A DNA stretch of 64,000 bases from Eledone cirrhosa (GCA_964016885.1 OZ024742.1:930001-994000), one strand, 5' to 3'; counted from the stretch's first letter, positions 12,451 through 28,585 are shown. Numbers and translations: made by a program. Notes: generated from the letters alone by a model not told the origin.

Positions 12451-15400
12451 ATCAACCCAGTACATTAAGTCACCCTACCAGACCTCCATATAGTTCCTGT
12501 CAACCCAGTACATTAAGTCACCCTACCAGACCTCCATATAGTTCCTGTCAACCCAGTACATTAAGTCACCCTACCAGACCTCCATATAGTTCCTGTCAAC
12601 CCAGTACATTATGTCACCCTACCAGACCTCCATATAGTTCCTGTCAACCCAGTACATTATGTCACCCTACCAGACCTCCATATAATTCCTGTCAACCCAG
12701 TACATTGTCACCCTACCAGACCTCCATATAGTTCCTGTCAACCCAGTACATTATGTCACCCTACCAGACCTCCATATAGTTCCTGTCAACCCAGTACATT
12801 GTGTCACCCTACCAGACCTCCATATAGTTCCTGTCAACCCAGTACATTATGTCACCCTACCAGACCTCCATATAGTTCCTGTCAACCCAGTACATTATGT
12901 CACCCTACCAGACCTCCATATAATTCCTGTCAACCCAGTACATTGTGTCACCCTACCAGACCTCCATATAGTTCCTGTCAACCCAGTACATTATGTCACC
13001 CTACCAGACCTCCATATAGTTCCTGTCAACCCAGTACATTATGTCACCCTACCAGACCTCCATATAGCTCCTGTCAACCCAGTACATTATGTCACCCTAC
13101 CAGACCTCCATATAGTTCCTGTCAACCCAGTACATTGTCACCCTACCAGACCTCCGTATAATTCCTGTCAACCCAGTACATTATGTCACCCTACCAGACC
13201 TCCATATAGTTCCTGTCAACCCAGTACATTGTGTCACCCTACCAGACCTCCATATAGCTCCTGTCAACACAGTACATTATGTCACCCTACCAGACCTCCA
13301 TATAGTTCCTGTCAACCCAGTACATTATGTCACCCTACCAGACCTCCATATAGCTCCTGTCAACCCAGTACATTGTCACCCTACCAGACCTCCATATAGC
13401 TCCTGTCAACCCAGTACATTATGTCACCCTACCAGACCTCCATATAGTTCCTGTCAACCCAGTACATTGTGTCACCCTACTAGACCTCCATATAGCTCCT
13501 GTCAACCCAGTACATTATGTCACCCTACCAGACCTCCATATAGTTCCTGTCAACCCAGTACATTATGTCACCCTACCAGACCTCCATATAGTTCCTGTCA
13601 ACCCAGTACATTGTCACCCTACCAGACCTCCATATAGTTCCTGTCAACCCAGTACATTATGTCACCCTACCAAACCTCCATATAGTTCCTGTCAACCCAG
13701 TACATTATGTCACCCTACCAGACCTCCATATAGTTCCTGTCAACCCAGTACATTATGTCACCCTACCAGACCTCCATATAGTTCCTGTCAACCCAGTACA
13801 TTGTGTCACCCTACCAGACCTCCATATAGCTCCTGTCAACCCAGTACATTGTCACCCTACCAGACCTCCATATAGTTCCTGTCAACCCAGTACATTGTGT
13901 CACCCCTACCAGACCTCCATATAGTTCCTGTCAACCCAGTACATTATGTCACCCTACCAGACCTCCATATAGTTCCTGTCAACCCAGTACATTATGTCAC
14001 CCTACCAGACCTCCATATAGTTCCTATCAACCCAGTACATTGTCACCCTACCAGACCTCCATATAGTTCCTGTCAACCCAGTACATTGTGTCACCCTACC
14101 AGACCCCATATAGTTCCTGTCAACCCAGTACATTGTCACCCTACCAGACCCCATATAGTTCTTGTCAACCCAGTACATTGTTACCCTACCAGATCTCCAT
14201 ATAGTTCCTGTCAACCCAGTACATTGTGTCACCCCTACCAGACCTCCATATAGTTCCTGTCAACCCAGTACATTGTGTCACCCCTACCAGACCTCCATAT
14301 AGTTCCTGTCAACCCAGTACATTGTGTCACCCCTACCAGACCCCATATAGTTCCTGTCAACCCAGTACATTGTCACCCTACCAGACCCCATATAGTTCTT
14401 GTCAACCCAGTACATTGTCACCCTACCAGACCTCCATATAGTTCCTGTCAACCCAGTACATTGTGTCACCCCTACCAGTCCTCATATAGTTCCTGTCAAC
14501 CCAGTACATTGTGTCACCCTACCAGACCTCCATATAGTTCCTGTCAACCCAGTGCATTGTCACCCTACCAGACCCCATATAGTTCCTGTCAACCCAGTAC
14601 ATTGTGTCACCCCTACCAGACCTCCATATAGTTCCTGTCAACCCAGTACATTATGTCACCCTACCAGACCTCCATATAGTTCCTGTCAACCCAGTACATT
14701 GTGTCACCCTACCAGACCTCCATATAGTTCCTGTCAACCCAGTACATTGTGTCACCCTACCAGACCTCCATATAGTTCCTGTCAACCCAGTACATTATGT
14801 CACCCTACCAGACCTCCATATAGTTCCTGTCAACCCAGTACATTATGTCACCCTACCAGACCTCCATATAGTTCCTGTCAACTCAGTACATTGTGTCACC
14901 CTACCAGACCTCCATATAGTTCCTGTGAACCTAGTACATTATGTCACCCTACCAGACCTCCATATAGTTCCTGTCAACCCAGTACATTATGACACCCTAC
15001 CAGACCTCCATATAGTTCCTGTCAACCCAGTACATTGTGTCACCCTACCAGACCTCCATATAGTTCCTGTCAACCCAGTACATTGTGTCACCCTACCAGA
15101 CCTCCATATAGTTCCTGTCAACCCAGTACATTATGTCACCCCTACCAGACCTCCATATAGTTCCTGTCAACCCAGTACATTGTGTCACCCTACCAGACCT
15201 CCATATAGTTCCTGTCAACCCAGTACATTATGTCACCCCTACCAGACCTCCATATAGTTCCTGTCAACCCAGTACATTATGTCACACTACCAGACCTCCA
15301 TATAGTTCCTGTCAACCCAGTACATTATGTCACCCTACCAGACCTCCATATAGTTCCTGTCAACCCAGTACATTATGTCACCCTACCAGACCTCCATATA

Positions 15401-18400
15401 GTTCCTGTCAACCCAGTACATTATGTCACCCTACCAGACCTCCATATAGTTCCTGTCAACCCAGTACATTATGTCACCCCTACCAGACCTCCATATAGTT
15501 CCTGTCAACCCAGTACATTGTGTCACCCTACCAGACCTCCATATAGTTCCTGTCAACCCAGTATATTGTGTCACCCTACCAGACCTCCATATAGTTCCTG
15601 TCAACCCAGTACATTGTGTCACCCTACCAGACCTCCATATAGTTCCTGTCAACCCAGTACATTGTGTCACCCTACCAGACCTCCATATAGTTCCTGTCAA
15701 CCCAGTACATTATGTCACCCTACCAGACCTCCATATAGTTCCTGTCAACCCAGTACATAGTCACCCTACCAGACCCCATATAGTTCCTGTCATCCCAGTA
15801 CATTGTCACCCTACCAGACCCCATATAGTTCCTGTCAACCCAGTACATTGTCACCCCTACCAGTCCTCCATATAGTTCCTGTGAACCCAGTACATTGTGT
15901 CACCCTACCAGACCTCCATATAGTTCCTGTCAACCCAGTACATTGTCACCCCTACCAGTCCTCCATATAGTTCCTGTCAACCCAGTACATTATGTCACCC
16001 TACCAGACCTCCATATAGTTCCTGTCAACCCAGTACATTATGTCACCCTACCAAACCTCCATATAGTTCCTGTCAACCCAGTACATTATGTCACCCTACC
16101 AGACCTCCATATAGTTCCTGTCAACCCAGTACATTGTCACCCCTACCAGACCTCCATATAGTTCCTGTCAACCCAGTACATTATGTCACCCTACCAGATC
16201 TCCATATAGTTCCTGTCAACCCAGTACATTGTCACCCTACCAGACCTCCATATAGTTCCTGTCAACCCAGTACATTATGTCACCCTACCAGACCTCCATA
16301 TAGTTCCTGTCAACCCAGTACATTGTCACCCTACCAGACCTCCATATAGTTCCTGTCAACCCAGTACATTATGTCACCCTACCAGACCTCCATATAGTTC
16401 CTGTCAACCCAGTACATTATGTCACCCTACCAGACCTCCATATAGCTCCTGTCAACCCAGTACATTATGTCACCCTACCAGACCTCCATATAGTTCCTGT
16501 CAACCCAGTACATTGTGTCACCTTACCAGACCTCCATATAGCTCCAGTCAACCCAGTACATTATGTCACCCTACCAGACCTCCATATAGTTCCTGTCAAC
16601 CCAGTACATTATGTCACCCTACCAGACCTCCATATAGTTCCTGTCAACCCAGTACATCGTCACCCTACCAGACCTCCATATAGCTCCTGTCAACACAGTA
16701 CATTATGTCACCCTACCAGACCTCCATATAGCTCCTGTCAACCCAGTACATTATGTCACCCTACCAAACCTCCATATAGTTCCTGTCAACCCAGTACATT
16801 GTGTCACCCTACCAGACCTCCATATAGCTCCTGTCAACCCAGTACATTATGTCACCCTACCAGACCTCCATATAGTTCCTGTCAACCCAGTACATTGTGT
16901 CACCCTACCAGACCCCATATAGTTCCTGTCAACCCAGTACATTGTCACCCTACCAGACCCCATATAGTTCCTGTCAACCCAGTACATTGTCACCCTACCA
17001 GACCCCATATAGTTCTTGTCAACCCAGTACATTATGTCACCCTACCAGACCTCCATATAGTTCCTGTCAACCCAGTACATTGTGTCACCCTACCAGACCT
17101 CCATATAGTTACTGTCAACCCAGTACATTGTGTCACCCTACCAGACCTCCATATCGTTCCTGTCAACCCAGTACATTGTGTCACCCTACCAGACCTCCAT
17201 ATAGTTCCTGTCAACCCAGTACATTATGTCACCCCTACCAGACCTCCATATAGTTCCTGTCAACCCAGTACATTGTGTCACCCTACCAGACCTCCATATA
17301 GTTCCTGTCAACCCAGTACATTGTGTCACCCTACCAGACCTCCATATAGTTCCTGTCAACCCAGTACATTGTGTCACCCTACCAGACCTCCATATAGTTC
17401 CTGTCAACCCAGTACATTATGTCACCCTACCAGACCTCCATATAGTTCCTGTCAACCCAGTACATTGTTTTACCCTACCAGACCTCCATATCGTTCCTGT
17501 CAACCCAGTACATTGTGTCACCCTACCAGACCTCCATATAGTTCCTGTCAACCCAGTATATTGTGTCACCCTACCAGACCTCCATATAGTTCCTGTCAAC
17601 CCAGTACATTGTGTCACCCTACCAGACCTCCATATAGTTCCTGTCAACCCAGTACATTGTGTCACCCTACCAGACCTCCATATAGTTCCTGTCAACCCAG
17701 TACATTATGTCACCCTACCAGACCTCCATATAGTTCCTGTCAACCCAGTACATAGTCACCCTACCAGACCTCCATATAGTTCCTGTCAACCCAGTACATT
17801 GTCACCCTACCAGACCCCATATAGTTCCTGTCAACCCAGTACATTGTCACCCCTACCAGTCCTCCATATAGTTCCTGTGAACCCAGTACATTGTGTCACC
17901 CTACCAGACCTCCATATAGTTCCTGTCAACCCAGTACATTGTCACCCCTACCAGTCCTCCATATAGTTCCTGTCAACCCAGTACATTATGTCACCCTACC
18001 AGACCTCCATATAGTTCCTGTCAACCCAGTACATTATGTCACCCTACCAAACCTCCATATAGTTCCTGTCAACCCAGTACATTATGTCACCCTACCAGAC
18101 CTCCATATAGTTCCTGTCAACCCAGTACATTGTCACCCCTACCAGACCTCCATATAGTTCCTGTCAACCCAGTAAATTGTGTCACCCTACCAGACCCCAT
18201 ATAGTTCCTGTCAACCCAGTACATTGTGTCACCCTACCAGACCTCCATATAGTTCCTGTCAACCCAGTACATTGTCACCCTACCAGACCTCCATATAGTT
18301 CCTGTCAACCCAGTACATTATGTCACCCTACCAGACCTCCATATAGTTCTTGTCAACCCAGTACATTGTCACCCTACCAGACCTCCATATAGTTCCTGTC

Positions 18401-21400
18401 AGCCCAGTACATTGTCACCCCTACGAGTCCTCCATATAGTTCCTGTCGACCCAGTACATTATGTCACCCTACCAGACCTCCATATAGTTCATGTCAACCC
18501 AGTACATTGTCACCCTACCAGACCTCCATATAGTTCCTGTCAACCTAGTACATTATGTCACCCCTACCAGACCCCATATAGTTCCTGTCAACCCAGTACA
18601 TTGTGTCACCCCTAACAGACCTCCATATAGTTCCTGTCAACCCAGTACATTATGTCACCCTACCAGACCTCCATATAGTTCCTGTCAACCCAGTACATTA
18701 TGTCACCCCTACGAGACCTCCATATAGTTCCTGTCAACCTAGTACATTATGTCACCCTACCAGACCTCCATATAGTTCCTGTCAACCCAGTACATTGTCA
18801 CCCCTACCAGTCCTCCATATAGTTCCTGTCAACCCAGTACATTGTGTCACCCTACCAGACCTCCATATAGTTCCTGTCAACCCAGTACATTGTCACCCCT
18901 ACCAGACCTCCATATAGTTCCTGTCAACCCAGTAAATTGTGTCACCCTACCAGACCCCATATAGTTCCTGTCAACCCAGTACATTATCACCCTACCAGAC
19001 CCCATATAGTTCCTGTCAACCCAGTACATTGTCACCCTACCAGACCTCCATATAGTTCCTGTCAACCCAGTACATTGTGTCACCCTACCAGACCCCATAT
19101 AGTTCCTGTCAACCCAGTACATTGTCACCCTACCAGACCCCATATAGTTCCTGTCAACCCAGTACATTGTCACCCTACCAGACCCCATATAGTTCCGGTC
19201 AACCCAGTACATTGTGTCACACCTACCAGACCTCCATATAGTTCCTGTCAACCCAGTACATTATGTCACCCCTACCAGACCTCCATATAGTTCCTGTCAA
19301 CCCAGTACATTATGTCACCCCTACCAGACCTCCATATAGTTCCTGTCAACAACAGTACATTATGTCACCCTACCACACCTCCATATAGTTCCTGTCAACC
19401 CAGTACATTATGTCACCCCTACCAGACCTCCATATAGTTCCTGTCAACCCAGTACATTATGTCACCCCTACCAGACCTCCATATAGTTCCTGTCAACAAC
19501 AGTACATTATGTCACCCTACCACACCTCCATACAGTTCATGTCAACCCAGTACATTATGTCACCCTACCAGACCTCCATATAGTTCCTGTCAACCCAGTA
19601 CATTATGTCACCCTAACAGACCTCCATATAGTTCCTGTCAACCCAGTACATTATGTCACCCTACCAGACCTCCATATAGTTCCTGTCAACCCAGTACATT
19701 GTGTCACCCTACCAGACCTCCATATAGTTCCTGTCAACCCAGTACATTGTCACCCCTACCAGTCCTCCATATAGTTCCTGTCAACCCAGTACATTGTGTC
19801 ACCCTACCAGACCTCCATATAGTTCCTGTCAACCCAGTACATTATGTCACCCTACCAGACCTCCATATAGTTCCTGTCAACCCAGTACATTGTGTCACCC
19901 CTACCTAACCTCCATATAGTTCCTGTCAACCCAGTACATTGTGTCACCCCTACCAGACCTCCATATCGTTCCTGTCAACCCAGTACATTGTCACCCTACC
20001 AGACCTCCATATAGTTCCTGTCAACCCAGTACATTGTGTCACCCCTACCAGACCTCCATATAGTTCCTGTCAACCCAGTACATTGTCACCCTACCAGACC
20101 TCCATATAGTTCCTGTCAAACCAGTACATTGTCACCCTACCAGACCTCCATATAGTTCCTGTCAACCCAGTACATTATGTCACCCTAACAGACCTCCATA
20201 TAGTTCCTGTCAACCCAGTACATTATGTCACCCTACCAGACCTCCATATAGTTCCTGTCAACCCAGTACATTGTGTCACCCTACCAGACCTCCATATAGT
20301 TCCTGTCAACCCAGTACATTGTGTCACCCTACCAGACCTCCATATAGTTCCTGTCAACCCAGTACATTGTCACCCTACCAGACCCCATATAGTTCCTGTC
20401 AACCCAGTACATTGTCACCCTACCAGACCTCCATATAGTTCCTGTCAACCAGTACATTATGTCACCCCTACTGGACCTCCATATAGTCCCTGTCAACCCA
20501 GTACATTGCGTCATCCTACCAGACCTCCATATAGTTCCTGTCAACCCAGTACATTATGTCACCCCACCAGACCTCCATATAGTTCCTGTCAACCCAGTAC
20601 ATTGTGTCACCCTACCAGACCTCCATATAGTTCCTGTCAACCCAGTACATTGTCACCCTACCAGACCTCCATATAGTTCCTGTCAACCCAGTACATTGTC
20701 ACCCTACCAGACCTCCATATAGTTCCTGTCAACCCAGTACATTGTCACCCTACCAGACCTCCATATAGTTCCTGTCAACCGAGTACATTATGTCACCCTA
20801 CCAGACCTCCATATAGTTCCTGTCAACCCAGTACTTTGTGTCACCCTACCAGACCTCCATATAGTTCCTGTCAACCCAGTACATTGTGTCACCCTACCTA
20901 ACCTCCATATAGTTCCTGTCAACCCAGTACATTGTGTCACCCCTACCTAACCTCCATATAGTTCCTGTCAACCCAGTACATTATGTCACCCTACCAGACC
21001 TCCATATAGTTCCTGTCAACCCAGTACATTATGTCACCCTACCAGACCTCCATATAGTTCCTGTCAACCCAGTACATTATGTCACCCATACCTAACCTCC
21101 ATATAGTTCCTGTCAACCCAGTACATTGTGTCACCCCTAGCTAACCTCCATATAGTTCCTGTCAACCCAGTACATTATGTCACCCTACCAGACCCCATAT
21201 AGTTCCTGTCAACCCAGTACATTGTCACCCTACCAGACCTCCATATAGTTGCTGTCAACCCAGTACATTGTCACCCTACCAGACCTCCATATAGTTCCTG
21301 TCAACCCAGTACATTGTCACCCTACCAGACCTCCATATAGTTCCCGTCAACCCAGTACATTATGTCACCCTACCAGTCCTCCATATAGTTCCTGTCAACC

Positions 21401-24400
21401 CAGTACATTATGTCACCCTACCAGACCTCCATATAGTTCCTGTCAACCCAGTACATTGTCACCCTACCAGACCTCCATATAGTTCCTGTCAACCCAGTAC
21501 ATTATGTCACCTTACCAGTCCTCCATATAGTTCCTGTCAACCCAGTACATTGTCACCCTACCAGACCTCCATATAGTTCCTGTCAACCCAGTACATTATG
21601 TCACCCCTACCAGACCTCCATATAGTTCCTGTCAACCCAGTACATTGTCACCATACCAGACCTCCATATAGTTCCTGTCAACCCAGTACATTATGTCACC
21701 TTACCAGTCCTCCATATAGTTCCTGTCAACCCAGTACATTGTCACCCTACCAGACCTCCATATAGTTCCTGTCAACCCAGTACATTGTCACCCTACCAGA
21801 CCTCCATATAGTTCCTGTCAACCCAGTACATTGTGTCAACCTACCAGACCTCCATATAGTTCCTGTCAACCCAGTACATTGTGTCACCCTACCAGACCTC
21901 CATATAGTTCCTGTCAACCCAGTACATTGTCACCCTACCAGACCTCCATATAGTTTCTGTCAACCCAGTACATTATGTCACCCTACCAGACCTCCATATA
22001 GTTCCTGTCAACCCAGTACATTGTGTCAACCTACCAGACCTCCATATAGTTCCTGTCAACCCAGTACATTATGTCACCCTACCAGACCTTCATATAGTTC
22101 CTGTCAACCCAGTACATTGTCACCCTACCAGACCTCCATATAGTTCCTGTCAACCGAGTACATTATGTCACCCTACCAGTCCTCCATATAATTCCTGTCA
22201 ACCCAGTACATTATGTCACCCTACCAGACCTCCATATAGTTCCTGTCAACCCAGTACATTATGTCACCCTACCAGACCTCCATATAGTTCCTGTCAACCC
22301 AGTACATTATGTCACCCTACCAGACCTCCATATAGTTCCTGTCAACCCAGTACATTATGTCACCCTACCAGACCTCCATATAGTTCCTGTCAACCCAGTA
22401 CATTGTGTCAACCTACCAGACCTCCATATAATTCCTGTCAACCCAGTACATTATGTCACCCTACCAGTCCTCCATATAATTCCTGTCAACCCAGTACATT
22501 ATGTCACCCTACCAGACCTCCATATAGTTCCTGTCAACCCAGTACATTATGTCACCCTACCAGACCTCCATATAGTTCCTGTCAACCCAGTACATTATGT
22601 CACCCTACCAGACCTCCATATAGTTCCTGTCAACCCAGTACATTATGTCACCCTACCAGACCTCCATATAGTTCCTGTCAACCCAGTACATTATGTCACC
22701 CTACCAGATCTCCATATAGTTCCTGTCAACCCAGTACATTGTCACCCCTACCAGTCCTCCATATAGTTCCTGTCAACCCAGTACATTATGTCACCCTACC
22801 AGTCCTCCATATAGTTCCTGTCAACCCAGTACATTATGTCACCCCTACCAGACCTCCATATAGTTCCTGTCAACCCAGTACATTATGTCACCCTACCAGA
22901 CCTCCATATAGTTCCTGTCAACCCAGTACATTGTCACCCTCCCAGTCCTCCATATAGTTCCTGTCAACCCAGTCCATTATGTCACCCTACCAGACCTCCA
23001 TATAGTTCCTGTCAACCCAGTACATTGTCACCCTACCAGTCCTCCATATAGTTCCTGTCAACCCAGTACATTATGTCACCCTACCAGATCTCCATATAGT
23101 TCCTGTCAACCCAGTACATTATGTCACCCTACCAGACCTCCATATAGTTCCTGTCAACCCAGTACATTGTCACCCTACCAGACCTCCATATAGTTCCTGT
23201 CAACCCAGTACATTATGTCACCTTACCAGTCCTCCATATAGTTCCTGTCAACCCAGTACATTGTCACCCTACCAGACCTCCATATAGTTCCTGTCAACCA
23301 AGTACATCATGTCACCCTACCAGACCTCCATATAGTTCCTGTCAACCCAGTACATTGTCACCCTACCAGACCTCCATATAGTTCCTGTCAACCCAGTACA
23401 TTGTGTCAACCTACCAGACCTCCATATAGTTCCTGTCAACCCAGTACATTGTGTCACCCTACCAGACCTCCATATAGTTCCTGTCAACCCAGTACATTGT
23501 CACCCTACCAGACCTCCATATAGTTTCTGTCAACCCAGTACATTATGTCACCCTACCAGACCTCCATATAGTTCCTGTCAACCCAGTACATTGTGTCAAC
23601 CTACCAGACCTCCATATAGTTCCTGTCAACCCAGTACATTATGTCACCCTACCAGACCTTCATATAGTTCCTGTCAACCCAGTACATTGTCACCCTACCA
23701 GACCTCCATATAGTTCCTGTCAACCCAGTACATTGTCACCATACCAGACCTCCATATAGTTCCTGTCAACCCAGTACATTATGTCACCTTACCAGTCCTC
23801 CATATAGTTCCTGTCAACCCAGTACATTGTCACCCTACCAGACCTCCATATAGTTCCTGTCAACCCAGTACATTGTCACCCTACCAGACCTCCATATAGT
23901 TCCTGTCAACCCAGTACATTGTGTCAACCTACCAGACCTCCATATAGTTCCTGTCAACCCAGTACATTGTGTCACCCTACCAGACCTCCATATAGTTCCA
24001 GTCAACCCAGTACATTGTCACCCTACCAGACCTCCATATAGTTTCTGTCAACCCAGTACATTATGTCACCCTACCAGACCTCCATATAGTTCCTGTCAAC
24101 CCAGTACATTGTGTCAACCTACCAGACCTCCATATAGTTCCTGTCAACCCAGTACATTATGTCACCCTACCAGACCTTCATATAGTTCCTGTCAACCCAG
24201 TACATTGTCACCCTACCAGACCTCCATATAGTTCCTGTCAACCGAGTACATTATGTCACCCTACCAGTCCTCCATATAATTCCTGTCAACCCAGTACATT
24301 ATGTCACCCTACCAGACCTCCATATAGTTCCTGTCAACCCAGTACATTATGTCACCCTACCAGACCTCCATATAGTTCCTGTCAACCCAGTACATTATGT

Positions 24401-26765
24401 CACCCTACCAGACCTCCATATAGTTCCTGTCAACCCAGTACATTATGTCACCCTACCAGACCTCCATATAGTTCCTGTCAACCCAGTACATTGTGTCAAC
24501 CTACCAGACCTCCATATAATTCCTGTCAACCCAGTACATTATGTCACCCTACCAGTCCTCCATATAATTCCTGTCAACCCAGTACATTATGTCACCCTAC
24601 CAGACCTCCATATAGTTCCTGTCAACCCAGTACATTATGTCACCCTACCAGACCTCCATATAGTTCCTGTCAACCCAGTACATTATGTCACCCTACCAGA
24701 CCTCCATATAGTTCCTGTCAACCCAGTACATTATGTCACCCTACCAGACCTCCATATAGTTCCTGTCAACCCAGTACATTATGTCACCCTACCAGATCTC
24801 CATATAGTTCCTGTCAACCCAGTACATTGTCACCCCTACCAGTCCTCCATATAGTTCCTGTCAACCCAGTACATTATGTCACCCTACCAGTCCTCCATAT
24901 AGTTCCTGTCAACCCAGTACATTATGTCACCCCTACCAGACCTCCATATAGTTCCTGTCAACCCAGTACATTATGTCACCCTACCAGACCTCCATATAGT
25001 TCCTGTCAACCCAGTACATTGTCACCCTCCCAGTCCTCCATATAGTTCCTGTCAACCCAGTCCATTATGTCACCCTACCAGACCTCCATATAGTTCCTGT
25101 CAACCCAGTACATTGTCACCCTACCAGTCCTCCATATAGTTCCTGTCAACCCAGTACATTATGTCACCCTACCAGATCTCCATATAGTTCCTGTCAACCC
25201 AGTACATTATGTCACCCTACCAGACCTCCATATAGTTCCTGTCAACCCAGTACATTGTCACCCTACCAGACCTCCATATAGTTCCTGTCAACCCAGTACA
25301 TTATGTCACCTTACCAGTCCTCCATATAGTTCCTGTCAACCCAGTACATTGTCACCCTACCAGACCTCCATATAGTTCCTGTCAACCCAGTACATTATGT
25401 CACCCCTACCAGACCTCCATATAGTTCCTGTCAACCCAGTACATCATGTCACCCTACCAGACCTCCATATAGTTCCTGTCAACCCAGTACATTGTCACCA
25501 TACCAGACCTCCATATAGTTCCTGTCAACCCAGTACATTATGTCAACCTACCAGACCTCCATATAGTTCCTGTCAACCCAGTACATTATGTCACCCTACC
25601 AGACCTCCATATAGTTTCTGTCAACCCAGTACATTATGTCACCCTACCAGACCTCCATATAGTTCCTGTCAACCCAGTACATTGTGTCAACCTACCAGAC
25701 CTCCATATAGTTCCTGTCAACCCAGTACATTATGTCACCCTACCAGATCTCCATATAGTTCCTGTCAACCCAGTACATTATGTCACCCTACCAGACCTCC
25801 ATATAGTTCCTGTCAACCCAGTACATTGTCACCCTACCAGACCTCCATATAGTTCCTGTCAACCCAGTACATTGTCACCCTACCAGTCCTCCATATAATT
25901 CCTGTCAACCCAGTACATTATGTCACCCCTACCAGACCTCCATATAGTTCCTGTCAACCCAGTACATTATGTCACCCTACCAGACCTCCATATAGTTCCT
26001 GTCAACCCAGTACATTATGTCACCCTACCAGACCTCCATATAGTTCCTGTCAACCCAGTACATTATGTCACCCTACCAGATCTCCATATAGTTCCTGTCA
26101 ACCCAGTACATTGTCACCCTACCAGACCTCCATATAGTTCCTGTCAACCCAGTACATTGTCACACTACCAGTCCTCCATATAGTTCCTGTCAACCCAGTA
26201 CATTATGTCACCCCTACCAGACCTCCATATAGTTCCTGTCAACCCAGTACATTATGTCACCCTACCAGACCTCCATATAGTTCCTGTCAACCCAGTACAT
26301 TGTCACCCTACCAGACCTCCATATAGTTCCTGTCAACCCAGTACATTGTGTCACCCTACCAGACCTCCATATAGTTCCTGTCAACCCAGTACATTGTGTC
26401 ACCCTACCAGACCCCATATAGTTCCTGTCAACCCAGTACATTGTCACCCTACCAGACCCCATATAGTTCCTGTCAACCCAGTACATTGTGTCACCCCTAC
26501 CAGACCTCCATATAGTTCCTGTCAACCCAGTACATTATGTCACCCTACCAGACCTCCATATAGTTCCTGTCAACCCAGTACATTATGTCACCCTACCAGA
26601 CCTCCATATAGTTCCTGTCAACCCAGTACATTATGTCACCCTACCAGACCTCCATATAGTTCCTGTCAACCCAGTACATTATGTCACCCTACCAGACCTC
26701 CATATAGTTCCTGTCAACCCAGTACATTGTGTCACCCTACCAGACCTCCATATAGTTCCTGTCAA
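12451..26765. repeat. 48-bp minisatellite/satellite array (about 14.3 kb, about 300 copies)
   Basis: Unit GTCACCCTACCAGACCTCCATATAGTTCCTGTCAACCCAGTACATTAT with 46-49-bp variants; 16-aa periodic ORFs. Confidence 0.98.
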
Positions 26766-26879
26766 TCCATATTTTATGCACAAGAGAGGTCAATCAAGAT
26801 GTCACAATGAAGATGTCACAGTCAGATCACACCTAAGTTCTTTGAATTACAAGAACAATCTATACTACAGACTTCCATA

Positions 26880-27000
26880 CAGTTTCTGTCTACCAAATTT
26901 CCCTCTCAAAATATGAGTTGAGCCAAGGCTATATGAAAGACACTTGTCTACGAGGTGACAGCGTAGTTGAACCCAGGACCTTATTAACCATTCAGCCATG
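26880..27000 (-). mobile_element. SINE family B 5' part
   Basis: Reverse-complement similarity to the head of 27166-27300 (CAGTTTCTGTCTACCAAATTT...AGACACTTG...AACCATTCAGCC). Confidence 0.6.
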
Positions 27001-27107
27001 TTTAAACCAGGGGAAAAGGAACTAAAACTACATTTCAATGGGAAATTATCTTTATTTGGGATAATTTTTAATTTTTAGATATTTTTATATTCATATATGC
27101 AGAATGG

Positions 27108-27165
<58 letters not shown>

Positions 27166-27169
<4 letters not shown>

Positions 27170-27800
27170 GCTGTATAGTTAATGTGTCTGCTTGACAACC
27201 ATGTGGTTTGGGTTCACGCCCACAATGTGGCACCTTGGGCAAGTATCTTCTATAGTCTCAGGTTTGTGAGCGAAATTTGGCAGACAGAAACTGCAGAATC
27301 TATGTGCATGCATATGTGTGTGTGTGTGCATGTGTGTGTATGTGTGTGTGTGCATGTGTGTATGTGTGTGTATGTGTGTGTGTGCATGTGTATGTGTGCA
27401 TGTGTATGTGTGTGTGTGCATGCGTGCATGTGTGTGTGTGCATGTGTGTATGTGTGTGTACGTGTGTGTGTGTGTGTGTATGTGTGTGTGCGTGTGTGTG
27501 TGCGTGTGTGTGTGCATGTGTGTGTGCATGTGTGTATGTGTGTGTGTGTGCATGTGTGTATGCATGTGTGTATATGTGTGTGTGTGCATGTGTGTATATG
27601 TGTGTGTGTGCATGTGTGTATATGTGTGTGTGTGTTTATGTTCTGTAACTCATCAGCAGTTTGACAAGAAGAAATCAATAAAATAACACGCCTGTAGAAA
27701 AACTAAGCACTGGAGACAATATGAGTGACTAAATCCTCTTAAGGTGATGCCCTAGCATGGTCAAAATCTAAAGACTAAAACCAGCAAAAGATAAAAGAAT
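27166..27800 (+). mobile_element. SINE family B with an expanded internal (TG)n/TGCA microsatellite
   Basis: tRNA-like head with GGTTCA, CACCTTGGGCAAGT, a 330-bp TG tract, then the CTAGCATGG...AAAAGATAAAAG tail. Confidence 0.7.
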
Positions 27801-28422
27801 ACAGAATGTATAAAACATAGTATTTCAGTTTTAGTCTTAAAAATACAGAGTAAAGGTGATTCTATCCCAGCGAAACCATACCAACCAGACTGTGAAATTA
27901 CAAAATGGTTGCTCTCTCACCAAACTAAGTTGGTGTGATGTGTTGAAGTCAAAACATTTCATGGACACATATTTTGCTGAGGATTGAATATGTAATCCAA
28001 ACTCATTCAATTGTCATATTTATCACATATCCACATGAGTGACACCCTCCACCAACATTCATTCTCACTACATAACCCCAGACACCTCTTAAAACACCTG
28101 TATGTCTGACAGTAACATGTCACCTCACCCCACCCTATTTATGGTTATGCTATTTAATACACCTTTTGTCTCCAGTAAATGACTTCTGACTCAGACTGTT
28201 TTATTGGAGGCTGTTCCTCTCAGGATGGGCTTAACTTGACAGTTTCACTCATTTCAGTCACTCTCTCAACTGTCTAAGCCACCACAGGGCTTCCTCACAC
28301 ATTATAGCTGGCTTCAACAAAAAGCAAACAATTTCTGTCTTAGTTTTTTTTTTTTTTTTTTTTTAGTTAATCACAGTGATCTCTTGCCTGTGCTGGGTTA
28401 GCTGTGGAGGGTTTGATGTGAC

Positions 28423-28585
28423 AGTCTGGGGCTATATGTAGGGAACAGGACCTGAGTCTGGGGCTATATGTGGGGGACAGGACCCGAGTCTGGGCTATAT
28501 GTAGGAGACAGGTGGTAGTCTGGGGCTATATGTAGGAGACAGGTGGCAATCTGGTGCCATTGTATGTAGGGGACAGAACCTGACC
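28423..28585. repeat. About 32-bp degenerate tandem repeat
   Basis: GTCTGGGGCTATATGTAGGRGACAGG x5. Confidence 0.8.

Noticed and set aside
1-26765. CRISPR-like appearance of the 42-bp and 48-bp arrays
   Set aside because: No unique spacers, no cas genes, eukaryotic intron context
12799-26916. Pro/Cys-rich repetitive protein ORFs
   Set aside because: Frequent 46/47/49-bp units shift the frame; no coding constraint
27179-27686. His/Thr- and Cys/Val-rich ORFs (also 41859-52237, 57438-57952, 58883-59116)
   Set aside because: Microsatellite translations
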